In this document: positions 1-12,179 of the stretch, piece by piece
Layout: each line of letters begins with the position of its first letter
How positions within the stretch are numbered: the stretch's first letter is position 1
From: Eledone cirrhosa
Taxonomy: Eukaryota
NCBI GenBank assembly: GCA_964016885.1
Contig: OZ024750.1
Span: 34,658,001-34,722,000, forward strand
Direction: 5' to 3'
DNA: 64,000 nt
Translations under genes and position numbers: made by a program
Notes under the pieces: model-generated
Told to the model about the DNA's origin: nothing
The model's database searches: none
What the model saw: only the letters and a program-made list of their open reading frames with translations

Positions 1-87
1 CTTTGGTCTAGACCATATTTTACATTTGAATTTTTATATAGATTTGCAATACAGATTTTATATATTATTAGAATAGATTCATGTTAA

Positions 88-178
88 CTTTAACTTTGAT
101 AACTTTTGGCCAGTATTGGCCCAGGCCATGTCTAACTTAATAGCACCACCTGGCGAAGTCTTTCAAATCAGGATTTAT
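88..178 (-). repeat. Dispersed ~60-90 bp repeat (other copies 17922-17988 and 62075-62137 on +)
   Basis: Shared ggtggtgctattaagttagacat..ctgggccaatactggc.gaaacc.atcaaagtta. Confidence 0.7.
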
Positions 179-524
179 ATACCAAGGCCCACTCAATTAG
201 AGTGTTATTGTATTCAGAGACATAACCGGGGATTTCTTGAAGGAATTTGACCAAAGACTTCTTGAACTTTATGGGGTCTAATCTGTTTAATGTTTTGGTG
301 TAAAGAGTGCGGAGCCAATTGAGGTGAAATAATTGTGCCGTATTGTTGTTATGAAATGTGAGTTTGATTTTTGTTGTGGGCAGATAAGCACGGGGCCCAA
401 GCCTTGGGTGTACCTTAAAGCTGCTGCCAACATCATTTTGGGCAATGCTGATGGAATATTTTCCACATCATGCAGATAATATAGCACTCATGGCGACGTT
501 GGAGAGAATAAAGTTTTAGCTTAC

Positions 525-945
525 ACTCATAATTATATACTAAATATTATTACAATATTTTGACAATATTATTTACAATACAGGTTTAATGTTAACTACA
601 TTATATATTATATACTAAATGTTATTACAATATTAATACAATACATATTTAATGTTACATTCATAATTATATATATTATTAAAATACAGATTCAATGTTA
701 ACTACATTATATATTAAATATTGTTACAATACAGTTTTAATATTAATTACATTATATATAATTACATACTAAATATTATTACAATATTTTTACAATATTA
801 ATACAATACCGTTTTAATGTTAACTACATTATATATTAAATATTATTACAATACAAATTTAATGTTACATTCATAATTATATATTAAATATTATTACAAT
901 ACAAATTTAATGTTACATTCATAATTATATATTAAATATTATTCA
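525..945. repeat. Degenerate AT-rich tandem repeat (~46-bp unit)
   Basis: Recurring tatattaaatattattacaatacaaatttaatgttacattcataat. Confidence 0.7.
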
Positions 946-1878
946 CATGTTTAATTGTGCAATATTTCTGTTTGACTAAACCCAAATTTATTTATCCACG
1001 AATCCATTAATTTATTTATATATACATTAATGGGTATGCAAGCATGTTTATGGCTGGAGTTTTATGTGTGCATATGTTCATGCATTGATATTCTTATAAG
1101 AGAAGTTGTTATTCCTTATTTATGAGTATCTATATAAGAAAGCCAATTGCATTTGTGTTCCATAGCAGTGAAATTGGCTCATAAATTTTTATATTATGCA
1201 TTAAATTCCTGATATAACTCAAAAAGCTGGAAAGATTTCTATATCATATCCGAAATGATAGATCAGTGGTATTGTCTACTGGTTTGTTGGACCTGAAAAT
1301 AAAAATAAATATTTGGAAATTGAAGCAATAATAAAAAAAGTGTATACAAATAAGGAATCTTGTTCTCATAGCATTTTATTATGCCTTTAAAATAATTCAA
1401 TAGTTGAAATTATTCCCTGTATGGTTTCATAACATTCAAATTTTATTCTCCAGTACGCACTAATTGTAAGTGATTTCACATGAAATTATAACAAAAAGTA
1501 ATGAAAACTCACCAGAAATTGTTAGAAATTCTATGGAATTTTCCCTGGAAATATGAGTTAGAAACGGATCGACCGTGAAAGATTTATAGGATTTGTGCAC
1601 GATATATTCCAAGATTATTTAATTTTCATTTATTTGTTAATATATGCCACGTGGAAATGTATTAAGAAATAATATATGCTTTTAGAATGAAATTAAAACT
1701 TTCTAGCCTATTAAGAATGAAAATTTATTTTTCTTTTATAATAATGAGAAAATTTGTAAATTCATTAAATTTAACAGAGTATAATAATAAACAAAAATGT
1801 GATCTGGAGTAAACAGTAGTTATATATATATATATGTGTGTGTGTGTATATGTGTGTGTATGTGTGTGTGTGTGTGTA

Positions 1879-1909
<31 letters not shown>

Positions 1910-2110
1910 GTATGTATGTGTGTGTGTATATATATATGTATGTATGTATGCGTGTGTGTATATATGTGTATGTGTGTGTATATATATGTGTGTGTGTGTG
2001 TGTGTATAGATGTATGTATATATAAAGAAATATGGCTTTAAAGAGGCTGTTTGTATAATTGCAAATGAATCGAATATTATTATTAATATTTGAAAAACTC
2101 AGATTACATT

Positions 2111-2150
<40 letters not shown>

Positions 2151-2412
2151 TCATATAAAATAATACAACTGGCTATCCGCAAAATACATATAGTTAGCAC
2201 CCCAAACGTAAAATTGGGATTATACTAAGGTATATCCTAATGTTTGTTGAGTGAGACGGAAGCCAGTCAGAGTTTAGCTTAAAGCTTTCTCTGTTAATGT
2301 ATTAAATATATATATATATATATATATAAAAGGTAAACAGAAATAACAACACAATCGATACAGTATATAAAAGGTATATATTAGGTTAATGCTTGATATG
2401 GTAGGAAGAGGG

Positions 2413-2447
2413 TCTTAACGTTTCGGACGTTGGTCCTTCATCAGAAG
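2413..2447 (-). ncRNA. Minimal type I hammerhead ribozyme motif
   Basis: Reverse complement reads TCTT CTGATGA a GGAC caac GTCC GAAACGTTA AGA. Confidence 0.7.
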
Positions 2448-3510
2448 AAAGAATGAGAAATAAAATAGATTGAGGGGACGGGCGGGATGAAATTTGAAAA
2501 AATATCTTATATGTATGTATTATAAGGCTTGGAAAATTTTTCCTTGAGCTATTTTAATTATAAGGGACTATTGTGGGTTTTTAACTCGATATATACTTTT
2601 GATAAATTGAGCTCCTACACTTTTGTTAAGCTTTTATATGCTGAATGGATCTGGCTGCTATTTTAGGCACGCGATACCACGTGTGTGTTTTCTCTCTTAA
2701 CACACGCGTATTATTTATAAGTAGGGGTAGGGGGTCGGACGACATGCTTTGACGCATAGAGTTACGGCCCTTGCCATTCTGAGTTCAAATCCTGCCGAGG
2801 TTAACTTTGCCTTTCATCCTTATGGGGGGTCGATAAAATAAAGTACCAGTAATACACTGGGTAATTGCTGGCCTTGTGCCAAAAGTAGAAACAATTATTT
2901 ATAAGGAATTTAGTAGTGGAGAGATTACTGATCTGAACATCCACTGAAGAGCTCAGGATCTCTAAGTCTCTCCACTGATTTGTTAAACAGTTCTACCCCA
3001 AACTGTCTGGATGTTGATAGTTATCATAATCGGTTTGTAAATCTTAATTTATCCTTTTAATTAAGTCTTGTGAACCGTATTATCCTTAGTCACTATTTTC
3101 TTCACCCTAGCAGTTTACGTCCCTTGTGATTTGAACACATATATGTATATATCTGTGTTTGTCTCTCTTTATTGTATTATAAGGCTCGGAAAATGTTTTC
3201 CTTGAGCTATTTTAATTATAAGGGACTATTGTGAGTTTTTAACTCAATATATACTTTTGATATATATATGTGGTTGGCGTTAGGAAGGGCATCTAGCCAG
3301 AAACACCCCTATATGAGCAAGACATGGTCACCCGACCAAACTTGCCTCTAATTGGGACAAACCCATCTAACCCATGCTAGCGTAGAAGATGGACGTTAAT
3401 CGATGATGATATATATATATATATATAGGAGGTGAGTTTTATTGTAGTACAATAAAGCAATGCAGATATCGGATAAGAAGCACTCTACAGTTTGTAGGAC
3501 TGGAGTATAC

Positions 3511-3814
3511 ATAATATATAAACAAAAGATGGTTAAAAGAGTTCCATGTATTTTATTATGCGCATTTCATAAACAAATATCATCATGAGATGACATTTGC
3601 GTTTTCGTCAGATAAAATAGGGAGACATGATATGAAGGTTAAAAAACACTTGTGGATAGTGCAGTTTTAAATCAACATATTTTTAACCTTCATATCATGT
3701 CTCCCTATTTTATCTGACGAAAACGCAAATGTCATCTCATGATGATATTTGTTTATGAAATGCGCATAATAAAATACATGGAACTCTTTTAACCATCTTT
3801 TGTTTATATATTAT
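3511..3814. repeat. Fold-back inverted repeat, ~135-bp arms, ~34-bp spacer
   Basis: 3511-3645 is the reverse complement of 3680-3814. Confidence 0.92.
3706..3776 (+). ncRNA. Type I hammerhead motif with extended helix II (mirror copy 3549-3619 on minus)
   Basis: TATTTTAT CTGACGA aaacg CAAATGTCATC tcat GATGATATTTG tttat GAAA TGCGCA TA ATAAAATA. Confidence 0.75.
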
Positions 3815-3838
3815 ATATATATATATATGTTTATATAT

Positions 3839-3889
<51 letters not shown>

Positions 3890-4555
3890 ATTGAGAGGGA
3901 CGAGGCTGCATGGTTAGTAATAATTGTTTCTACGTTAGGCACAAGGCCAGCAATTACTCAGTGTATTACTGGTACTTTATTTTATCGACCCCGTAAGGAT
4001 GAAAGGCAAAGTTAACATCGGCGGGATTTGAACTCAGAATGGCAAGGGCCGTAACTCTATGCGCCAAAGCATGGCATCCGACACTCTACCAATACTGCCA
4101 ATCCACCGCATGGTTAGTAATAATGAGTGTTAAGGGAACACAAACAAAGATAGAAATTTTCCCTTCATCAGTTGTCTACTAAGTGTCACGGATGATTCAG
4201 CAAATTATATACAATACATTTTCTGTACCTTGTCTCCACCTCGATGAAGCAGGGGTCTTCCTAAGCCAGTGATCCCAAAGCATCATCATATATAGACCAG
4301 GTCCACCTTCACCTCGATGAAGCAGGGGGGTCTTCCTAAGCCAGTGATCCCAAAGCATCATCATATATAGACCAGGTCCACCAGTTCCCTTCAACACTAG
4401 TGGTCTCATGTAAAAATCTAAAGTTTAGCAAAAATTCAAAGTTAAGAGAAAGCCACAAGTGATTTTTATTTCTATGTTGAATTAATGATTTACAAACAAC
4501 CAGTAATGTAATCTCATGGGAGACATTTTATGTCTATTTTCCTTGCTTGAATAGA

Positions 4556-4790
4556 TTAACCATTTAGCATTTACATTACTCTATATATATATACTATTGT
4601 ATTTTCATGGTAAAGACTTTACCTCACATAATTATCTCACATAATATTGAATCTATGAGATTTTGATATTATTTATTTTGAGAACAATACCTTAACATCC
4701 GTATGAGTGGCTGGTTACAGCTGGTTTCAACAGAAAGAGGTGAGAGAATTCTTGCTGGATACAGCCCCAGTTTAAATGTTAAAAGGTTAA
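4556..4790. mobile_element. TTAA-flanked MITE (piggyBac-like termini)
   Basis: Termini ttaaccatttagcattta ... taaatgttaaaaggttaa. Other copies at 18330-18557, 39030-39797, 61616-61830 and 63562-63768 (opposite orientation); partial copies at ~8690-8742 and ~58910-58997. Confidence 0.75.
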
Positions 4791-5162
4791 TGATTTAAGA
4801 CTTACAACAACTAGTAATGTAATTTTATCTCAGGAGAGACATTATCATTTTATGTCTATTTTCCTTGCTTGAATAGATTAAACAAGATGTTATGTTTCCA
4901 GACAGGAGAGGGAAGGCAGTCAATATATACTGTAGTGGATTTAGTACTCTCTGGTTCTTTTAAATTCCTCTGGGATTGTCTTTGCTTTTTAATTCTCTAG
5001 TGTCAATAAAAAATAAAAGTATCAGCAATATGAATATGAATGTGAATGTGTGTGTGTATGTGAATGCGTGTGTATGTGAATGTATGTATGTGTATATATG
5101 CATGTGTGTATGTCTGTATTTATGTATGTATGTATGTGTGTATATACGTATGTATGCCTGTA

Positions 5163-5702
5163 TGTCAGGTCACCGGTTGGTGCTACTGGTAACATGTATC
5201 CCAGTACAACCTGTCCCATGGTCGGGTCGTTGGCGACTAAACTGGCAACCCCACCAAGGTTTCTTGGCGAGGAGGGTGACTTTGGACATCCTGCAGGACT
5301 AAAAACAAAACCTGTCAAAGGGCAAAGGAGCTCTTAAGAGTCAATGGCCATCCAAAATCACCGGGAGAGATGACCCCTTAGCCTTTGTCAAGGCAAAATT
5401 CTAGGAGAAGGAAAACCCTGATATAACACCTGCAACCCTGATGGTATCCAATGATGTTGACTTGTTCTTCTTTTTGGTAAATATCATCTTGGTTAAGAGA
5501 GTCGGACTGGCTTTGTGCAGAGCCTTTGCTCACTATAAAAGCTTCACGGCACAGGCATTGCTTTATATCTGGAGATCTCTCTGCATTTGTCGTCACATGG
5601 TACCATGGACCCAGCACTATGTATCAATAATTGTCACAGGTGTAGTGTTTGTACCAGAGTTTTCAAGTCGCTGGCTGGACTAAAAAGTCACACTCGTTCA
5701 GC
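5163..5702 (+). mobile_element. Non-coding RTE-related element (5' UTR-like), copy 1
   Basis: Highly similar to 15581-16118; contains ggagaaggaaaaccctg; no credible ORF. Confidence 0.6.
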
Positions 5703-6743
5703 GCATCGGTGGTGATGGTAATGATAGTGATGATGATGGTGAAGGTGATGAAAGTTGTGGTGATCAGATGATGCTGATGATGGTGATGATGAGGGTGGTG
5801 ATGATAGTGATGATGATGGTGGTGATGGTGATGGAGGTGATGATGGTGGTGATGCCTGTGATGATAGTGGTGATGATGGTTTTGGTGGTGGTGGTGGTGA
5901 TGGTAGTGATGGTAGTGATGATGTTTGTCATGATAGTGGTGATGATGATGGTGGTGGTGCTGGTGCTGATGGGGCTTGTGATGATAGTGGTGATGGTGCT
6001 GATGATGATAGCGATAATGTTGAAGGTGATGATGGCTACTGATTAGAACTGTTTGTCTATAAATTTATCAGAGAAAACCATAAGAAAGTAATCAATGCTG
6101 GCTTCATTTTTGTTTCTTTTTAATCATGATTTGATTTTTTTCCCTAGAATTTTCTTCAGTAAAGTTGCAGGTTATATGACAGTTTAAAATTTCTAAACCA
6201 ACATGAAATTCTGTATTCTGCTTTATAATGGTGGCTTTGATAACATTCTATCAGTTTTTCTATGCAGTTACCATTTTTTTTGTATAATATTTAATTTTAT
6301 TTTGCTTAGCAGCAGAGTTTTATCTTTCAATCAACATTGACATTGTTAATCCTAGCCATCATTTTCACTGTTTTAAATTCATTTTTTCCATGCGAGTATT
6401 TGTGCTCTTCTGTAAAAATCTAATTAGGAAATTTTCATTGCATACTACCGGACAATTAATTGTTCAACTAGACATCTCAAATATCTGAGGAGGGTTGTAT
6501 CAATAACTATGTAATCTCAAGCAGGTATATATATAAATATATATATATATATAGGAATGAGTAGGACCCCGACGGCTGAGCTAAGCCATTTCGACGGCTA
6601 ATTCTGGACCAGAATTAGCCGTCGAAACGGCTTGAGCTCAGCCGTCGGGGTCCTACTCGTTCCTATTACCCACTCTACTACCCTAAGTATTGAGTACTTT
6701 GGTGCGTTATGGTCCACCTGGTTCCTTACCACATTTCCTTCAT

Positions 6744-6774
<31 letters not shown>

Positions 6775-6857
6775 AAACGTTTGGTAGAAATATCCAAGGG
6801 TAGGAGCACTCAGTCCTTAGGACGAGTTTAGTATCAATAATTACAACAGTGACATAA

Positions 6858-6907
6858 ACAGGTACTTAAGTTTCATTGGGTTCTGGACCCCAACTCATTC
6901 AGCCTGT
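6858..6907 (-). ncRNA. Type I hammerhead motif with one extra A in the core
   Basis: Reverse complement reads ACAGG CTGAATGA GTTGGG gtccagaa CCCAAT GAAAC TTAA GTA CCTGT. Confidence 0.7.
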
Positions 6908-7502
6908 CATAAGAAAGATAAAGATGGCCACCTGGTGTTGATTGTGCTTTCCTTTTAGAAATACAACATAAGAGTTTAAATAAAGGGAGGTAATTTAGAA
7001 ATTAATTAGAAAAAGGGTGTTTTTTTTCTAATTTAAAAAAAAGCTCTTTGAATGCATGTGATACAAGGTAACTTGCCTTATAGAAGTGGTTGGATATTAT
7101 TTCTTGTGGCCCTGCCCACAGGCAGGTCCGAAAGATATTTTTGCCAAGGACTACATCTTGATAGTGGTTTGATGTGTAGACAAAAAATACATCTCCAGCT
7201 GGAGACCAGAGCAAAACTCTACTGTGTTTACCACAGGAAGATTCCCGTTCGACTGCCTTGAGAACCTCTCTTGTCTTTACTCCAAAGTGACCTGCTACTT
7301 CAGACCAAGGCACCACAAGGAGCTAACCTAGAACATGTGTGGTTTCACTACAAGGTGACCATCTCTTGCTCATACAGAACTGATTTTGGACTGGTTACTA
7401 CAGCTGGATGTCCTTCCTAACGCCAATCTCATTTACAGTGAGTAATAGGTGATTTTTGTTGTGACATCTACATGACCATTTTACAGTGTGTGTGAGTGTG
7501 TG

Positions 7503-7637
<135 letters not shown>

Positions 7638-7991
7638 TTGATTGAATTTTACTTGTTCTGCTTATCTTAATATTAAAGTTCTGGTGTATCAAATTAACAC
7701 CATTGAACAACCTTGAATCATAGACAACCTATGTATTTCTAGGGGTACCTAGTATCCCTGGACATATTAACTTCTACCTTTTTCTCCGTCCGTTGAGAAC
7801 AAATCTGTTGCTCTACATGGCTGCTATTTTTTTAGTAGTAATTGTAGACAGCAAGTCTTTGATTTTCCCGCTTTTACTTCGGTCCAGTTTACATACGGGT
7901 CACTTTTACGACCTTTCAGACCTTTATTAGCTGGCAGGAGGTTGTATATTTTGTCGCTCCTGGGACGTTTAGCCCTAGGAAGGGAAAATGC

Positions 7992-8070
7992 TTCTCTGAT
8001 GAGCTTTGGTTTTCCATCATAAATCCATCGGATTTATGAGGTTTTACAAAGCGAAACTGATCAGTAAGGG
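7992..8070 (+). ncRNA. Type I hammerhead motif with long hairpin helix II
   Basis: TTCT CTGATGA GCTTTG gttttcca TCATAAATCC atc GGATTTATGA ggtttta CAAAGC GAAAC TGATCA GTA AGGG; canonical G-C pair at the base of helix II. Confidence 0.8.
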
Positions 8071-8155
8071 CCACTAGAAGAGGTAAATATTTATATTATA
8101 TTTTTTAATGTATTTTGAAAAATTGATTGCATTTTACTTGTTCTGCTTATCTTAA

Positions 8156-8242
<87 letters not shown>

Positions 8243-8249
8243 GAATGGA

Positions 8250-8590
8250 GGGCACATGGCTTAGTGGTTAGAGCATTGGCCTTGCAATCGAAAGGTTGTG
8301 AGTTCAATTCTCAGTCCGGGTGATGTGTTGTTTCCTTGAGCAAGACACTTTATTTCACATTGCTCCAGTTTACTCAGCTGTAGAAATGAGATGATAGGGA
8401 CTGGGGTCCATATCATTCCACTGCAAAGTGGACGTGGAGGTGCCACGGCAAAAAAGCACCCAGCATTCACTGTAAATGAGGTTGGTGTTAGAAAGGGCAT
8501 CCAGCTGTAGAAATCAAGCCAGCATCAGTTCCCGTCCCACCCTTGCAAGCAGGGAAAAAGCGGACGTAAAATGAAATGATGATGATGATA
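8250..8590 (+). mobile_element. tRNA-derived SINE with RTE-type 3' tail (family A)
   Basis: A box tggcttagtgg and B box gagttcaattc. The tail aaaaagcacccagc...ggaagggcatccagctgtagaa...(GAT)n is shared with the RTE 3' UTR. Other copies at ~14986-15320(-), 29271-29620, 32751-32985, 36088-36445, 40541-40630; related heads at 9535-9740, 54137-54350 and three degenerate heads at ~59640-60040(-). Confidence 0.85.
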
Positions 8591-10144
8591 TATATACCAC
8601 TGAAAACGTGGTTGGTGTTAGGAAGGGCATCCAGCCATAGAAAACCTGCCAGACAGTCCTATACGAGCAAGACAACCAATCTTGCCTCAAGAGATGAGAG
8701 AATTCTGGCCAGATATAGCTGGTTTAAATGCTAAATGGTTAAGCATATTTTACACAACTCGTCTAGCCATTGCCTGTAGCAAAAACCCCTGAATTTCCAG
8801 TTTCATGATACAAAACTATTCATTTTTAAATGTTTATACTTATATTAAAACCGCCCATCATAAATTTATATCAGAAACATTTGAGAAGAAATATTCCAAA
8901 TAACAGTTTACTAACGACAAAGATATTTTGTTAAATTCCTCCTAATTTTTTTTATTATTTCCAAACTAAATTGAAACACATAATCAATATTAGAATATGG
9001 TAAAAAAATATGGTAAAAAATGGTTAAAGTTGAACACTGCTAAATAGTGTTTAGACCTAACAAGTGGCTATTTCAACTAATTCTTATGTCTACTAAAGAT
9101 ATTTTCAGCTTCACTGAATAAAGAATATTTTTATATTTATATATTCAAATAATATGTGATTTATAAGAGGGAAGGCAATAAAAGTCAGCTAAGATTATAA
9201 AGTTGGAGCAAAATAAATGTATTCCGTATTTCAACTATAAACAAGCCTTAATCATAAACTGAAATAGTTGGAATAGTGTAAAAATGTAAGATTATTTTTA
9301 TGGAGAGAGGGTGGTGGAATGGCAGAGTCGGTAGAGTGTCGGACGCCGTGCTTTGTAGCATAGAGTTATGGCCCTTTATGTTCTGAGTTCAAATCCCGCC
9401 GGGGTTAGCTTTGCTTTCATCCTTATGGGGTCGATAAAATAAAGTACCAGTAATGTATTGCGGTTGATTTCATTGGCTTTCCTCTCCTCCCAAATTACTG
9501 GCCTTGTGCCAATAGTAGAAATAATTATTATGGAGACAGGCATGTGGTTTAGTGGTTAGAGAATTTGATTCACAATTGTGAGGTTGTGAGTTCAATTCCC
9601 AGACCAGGTGGTGCGTGGTGTCCTTGAGCAAGTCACTTTATTTCACATTGCTCTTTCCACTAAAATTTGCAACCAGTAGATAGTATCAGCAATGAAAAGA
9701 CCAATGGAAACATTGTTTCCTTGGTCTGATTTAAGGAGTTCCACCTCACTCAGTGATTGAATGAGATCTCGGAACTTACTTCTTAGATTCCATCAATGAT
9801 ATCTAGATGTGATGTTGTGGAGTGTATCTAGTGTTCAGAAACAGCCATGGTCTCACATCATTGGAAAATGTTTCTCTTCAGTGGAGACTATCTCATTTCA
9901 TTGGAAATTGTCAAAGCCTTGTTTCATTGGAAACTGACACACTTGATTAGAGATTGTTTCACGTCACTGGAGAATGTCTCACATCACTAGAGATTGCCAT
10001 GGTTTCATTTCATTAGAGGCAGTCTTACATCACTAGAGACTCTTACAGTCTTATTTCATTGGACATAGCCATGGTCTCATTTCATTGGAGATTGTTACCG
10101 TTTCACATCACTGGAAAATGTCATGGTCTCATTTTATTAGAGAC

Positions 10145-10552
10145 TCTCACTTCACTGGAGACTGTCAAGGTCTCACTTCACTGAAGACTGTCAAGGTCTC
10201 ACTTCACTGAAGACTGTCAAGGTCTCACTTCACTAGAGACTGACAAGGTCTCACTTCACTGAAGACTGTCAAGGTCTCACTTCACTGAAGACTGTCAAGG
10301 TCTCACTTCACTGAAGACTGTCAAGGTCTCACTTCACTAGAGACTGTCAAGGTCTCACTTCACTGGAGACTGTCAAGGTCTCACTTCACTGAAGACTGTC
10401 AAGGTCTCACTTCACTGAAGACTGTCAAGGTCTCACTTCACTAGAGACTGTCAAGGTCTCACTTCACTGGAGACTGTCAAGGTCTCACTTCACTGGAGAC
10501 TGTCAAGGTCTCACTTCACTGGAGACTGTCAAGGTCTCACTTCACTGGAGAT
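10145..10552. repeat. 26-bp minisatellite (ggtctcacttcactgaagactgtcaa), ~15 copies; decayed units extend left to ~9840
   Basis: Direct tandem repeat with no spacers. Confidence 0.92.
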
Positions 10553-12179
10553 ACTCTGTTATCTGTAATTGTGAATAGAATTTCTTGTTTGACATGTAGA
10601 GACATGTTGCAAGTAATATATTAACACTTTTGTGACTGTATTTCAATTTACTAATGAAGAATTTTGATGGATTTACTTATTAATTAGTTATTTCATAACT
10701 AAGATTGTAACATATGGTTCTAATGTAAAATTATATTTGAAAATTATAATTTAAATAGAAACATCTTAAAAATAGGTGGCTTTATTTTACAGAACTAGAG
10801 GTGGTTTGGGCCAGGTTGGTATCAAAAGGGTTAATGGGCACAAATCTCTCAAAGTTACTCATGATATTGTATAAGAACACAATTGTGATGCAAGTATTTA
10901 ATGTATCACCCTAGTTCCAGCTTTTGGAAGATATGTGGGTGATATTTTCAAACTAATATCTTACAACAAAGTAGTAAGTATCTATATCTTCATTATAGAA
11001 ACAAAATGAGTCTTAAGTGGGTATGTTTAAAAAGGTATACAATGTAAGTGGGTTAGAATTACCAAGGTTACAAGTTGGAAGGGTTTTGAGGGAGAGATGA
11101 GGTACAAAGTAAAAAATGGGAGAAGGTGAATCTTATTGAAAATATGTGTAATTAAGTTGAAAACATTAAGATATTCTTTAAAAATGAATTAAATGACTTA
11201 TATAGTCAAATATGGCCAGAAATATTCCGGGGGTGGGAGTGGGGGTGAGAAAAAGAGATTATATACTAATTGAGGATGCTATCAATAAAATTAATCTGTT
11301 ACAAGTGTGATTAAATACATTATATAGTGAGTTCAAATCCCGCTGAGGTCAACTTTGCCTTTTATCCTTTTGAGGTCGATAAAAGTACCAGTCTAGTACT
11401 GGGGTCGATTATTCCTCTATATCTCTTTCTCATTCTCTCTCTCTCACTTTCTATCTTTCTCTGGAAGAAATCTACTGTACTCAGACCTGGAGAGGGATGG
11501 GCTCCATTGGGCTTAAAATGCCTAAGAAGCACTGTATCTCAATATGGCACCTCTATGACTCTATCAGGAGTTATGGGACCATACATACATAGTGAGAAAA
11601 GAGTTGCTTTTATGCCGATTGGGGTCACCTTTAAGAAACTATCTGTCCTAAAACCAGAACTTTAATACCGACAGAGTATATATACACTGGCAATCTCTCT
11701 AATTAGAAATGCAAACAAATACTTTAGAGCTTTCATAGAAAACTGAATGACATAGAGAACATGTGAAAATATTAGTAGTTCAGTATCGGAAACACCATCT
11801 AACTATTCCATATATTCATTAGAGAGCAGATTAACATGGAAGTTTGGTTGTATGCAGACATTTTGACAGCTGTTGAAGTAACATTGTTGTTCATATGAAG
11901 ACCTTTAAGAGAAGCAATCATTTCACTATTATAGAAGAAGCAACACTTACTAAGATAGGTGTCTTTTCTACCACAAATTAACAATTGCCATCAGCTTCTC
12001 AATTACTAACATTTTGTTTTATCATTTGCATATTCCAGCTTGAAAATTAAAGCCATACTGTGCATCTCTATGCATACAGCAATGTATACTTAGCTATTTC
12101 AAGTAACAACCATGTCTAAATATATTTGTGTGTAAATTACAGCAGTAGATATATGTTGCATCACACTCCATTTTATATG

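Noticed and set aside
287-487. 66-aa ORF near the window start
   Set aside because: No recognisable homology; short enough to be chance.
2915-2985. CTGAAGA within a weak hairpin as a hammerhead
   Set aside because: No GAAA or helix III downstream.
8250-8320. tRNA genes at SINE heads
   Set aside because: A/B boxes are present, but there is no complete cloverleaf and each continues into a SINE body.
10145-10552. CRISPR-like appearance of regular repeats (also 20128-20920 and 24210-25312)
   Set aside because: Units are contiguous with no unique spacers, there are no cas genes, and the context is eukaryotic; these are minisatellites.
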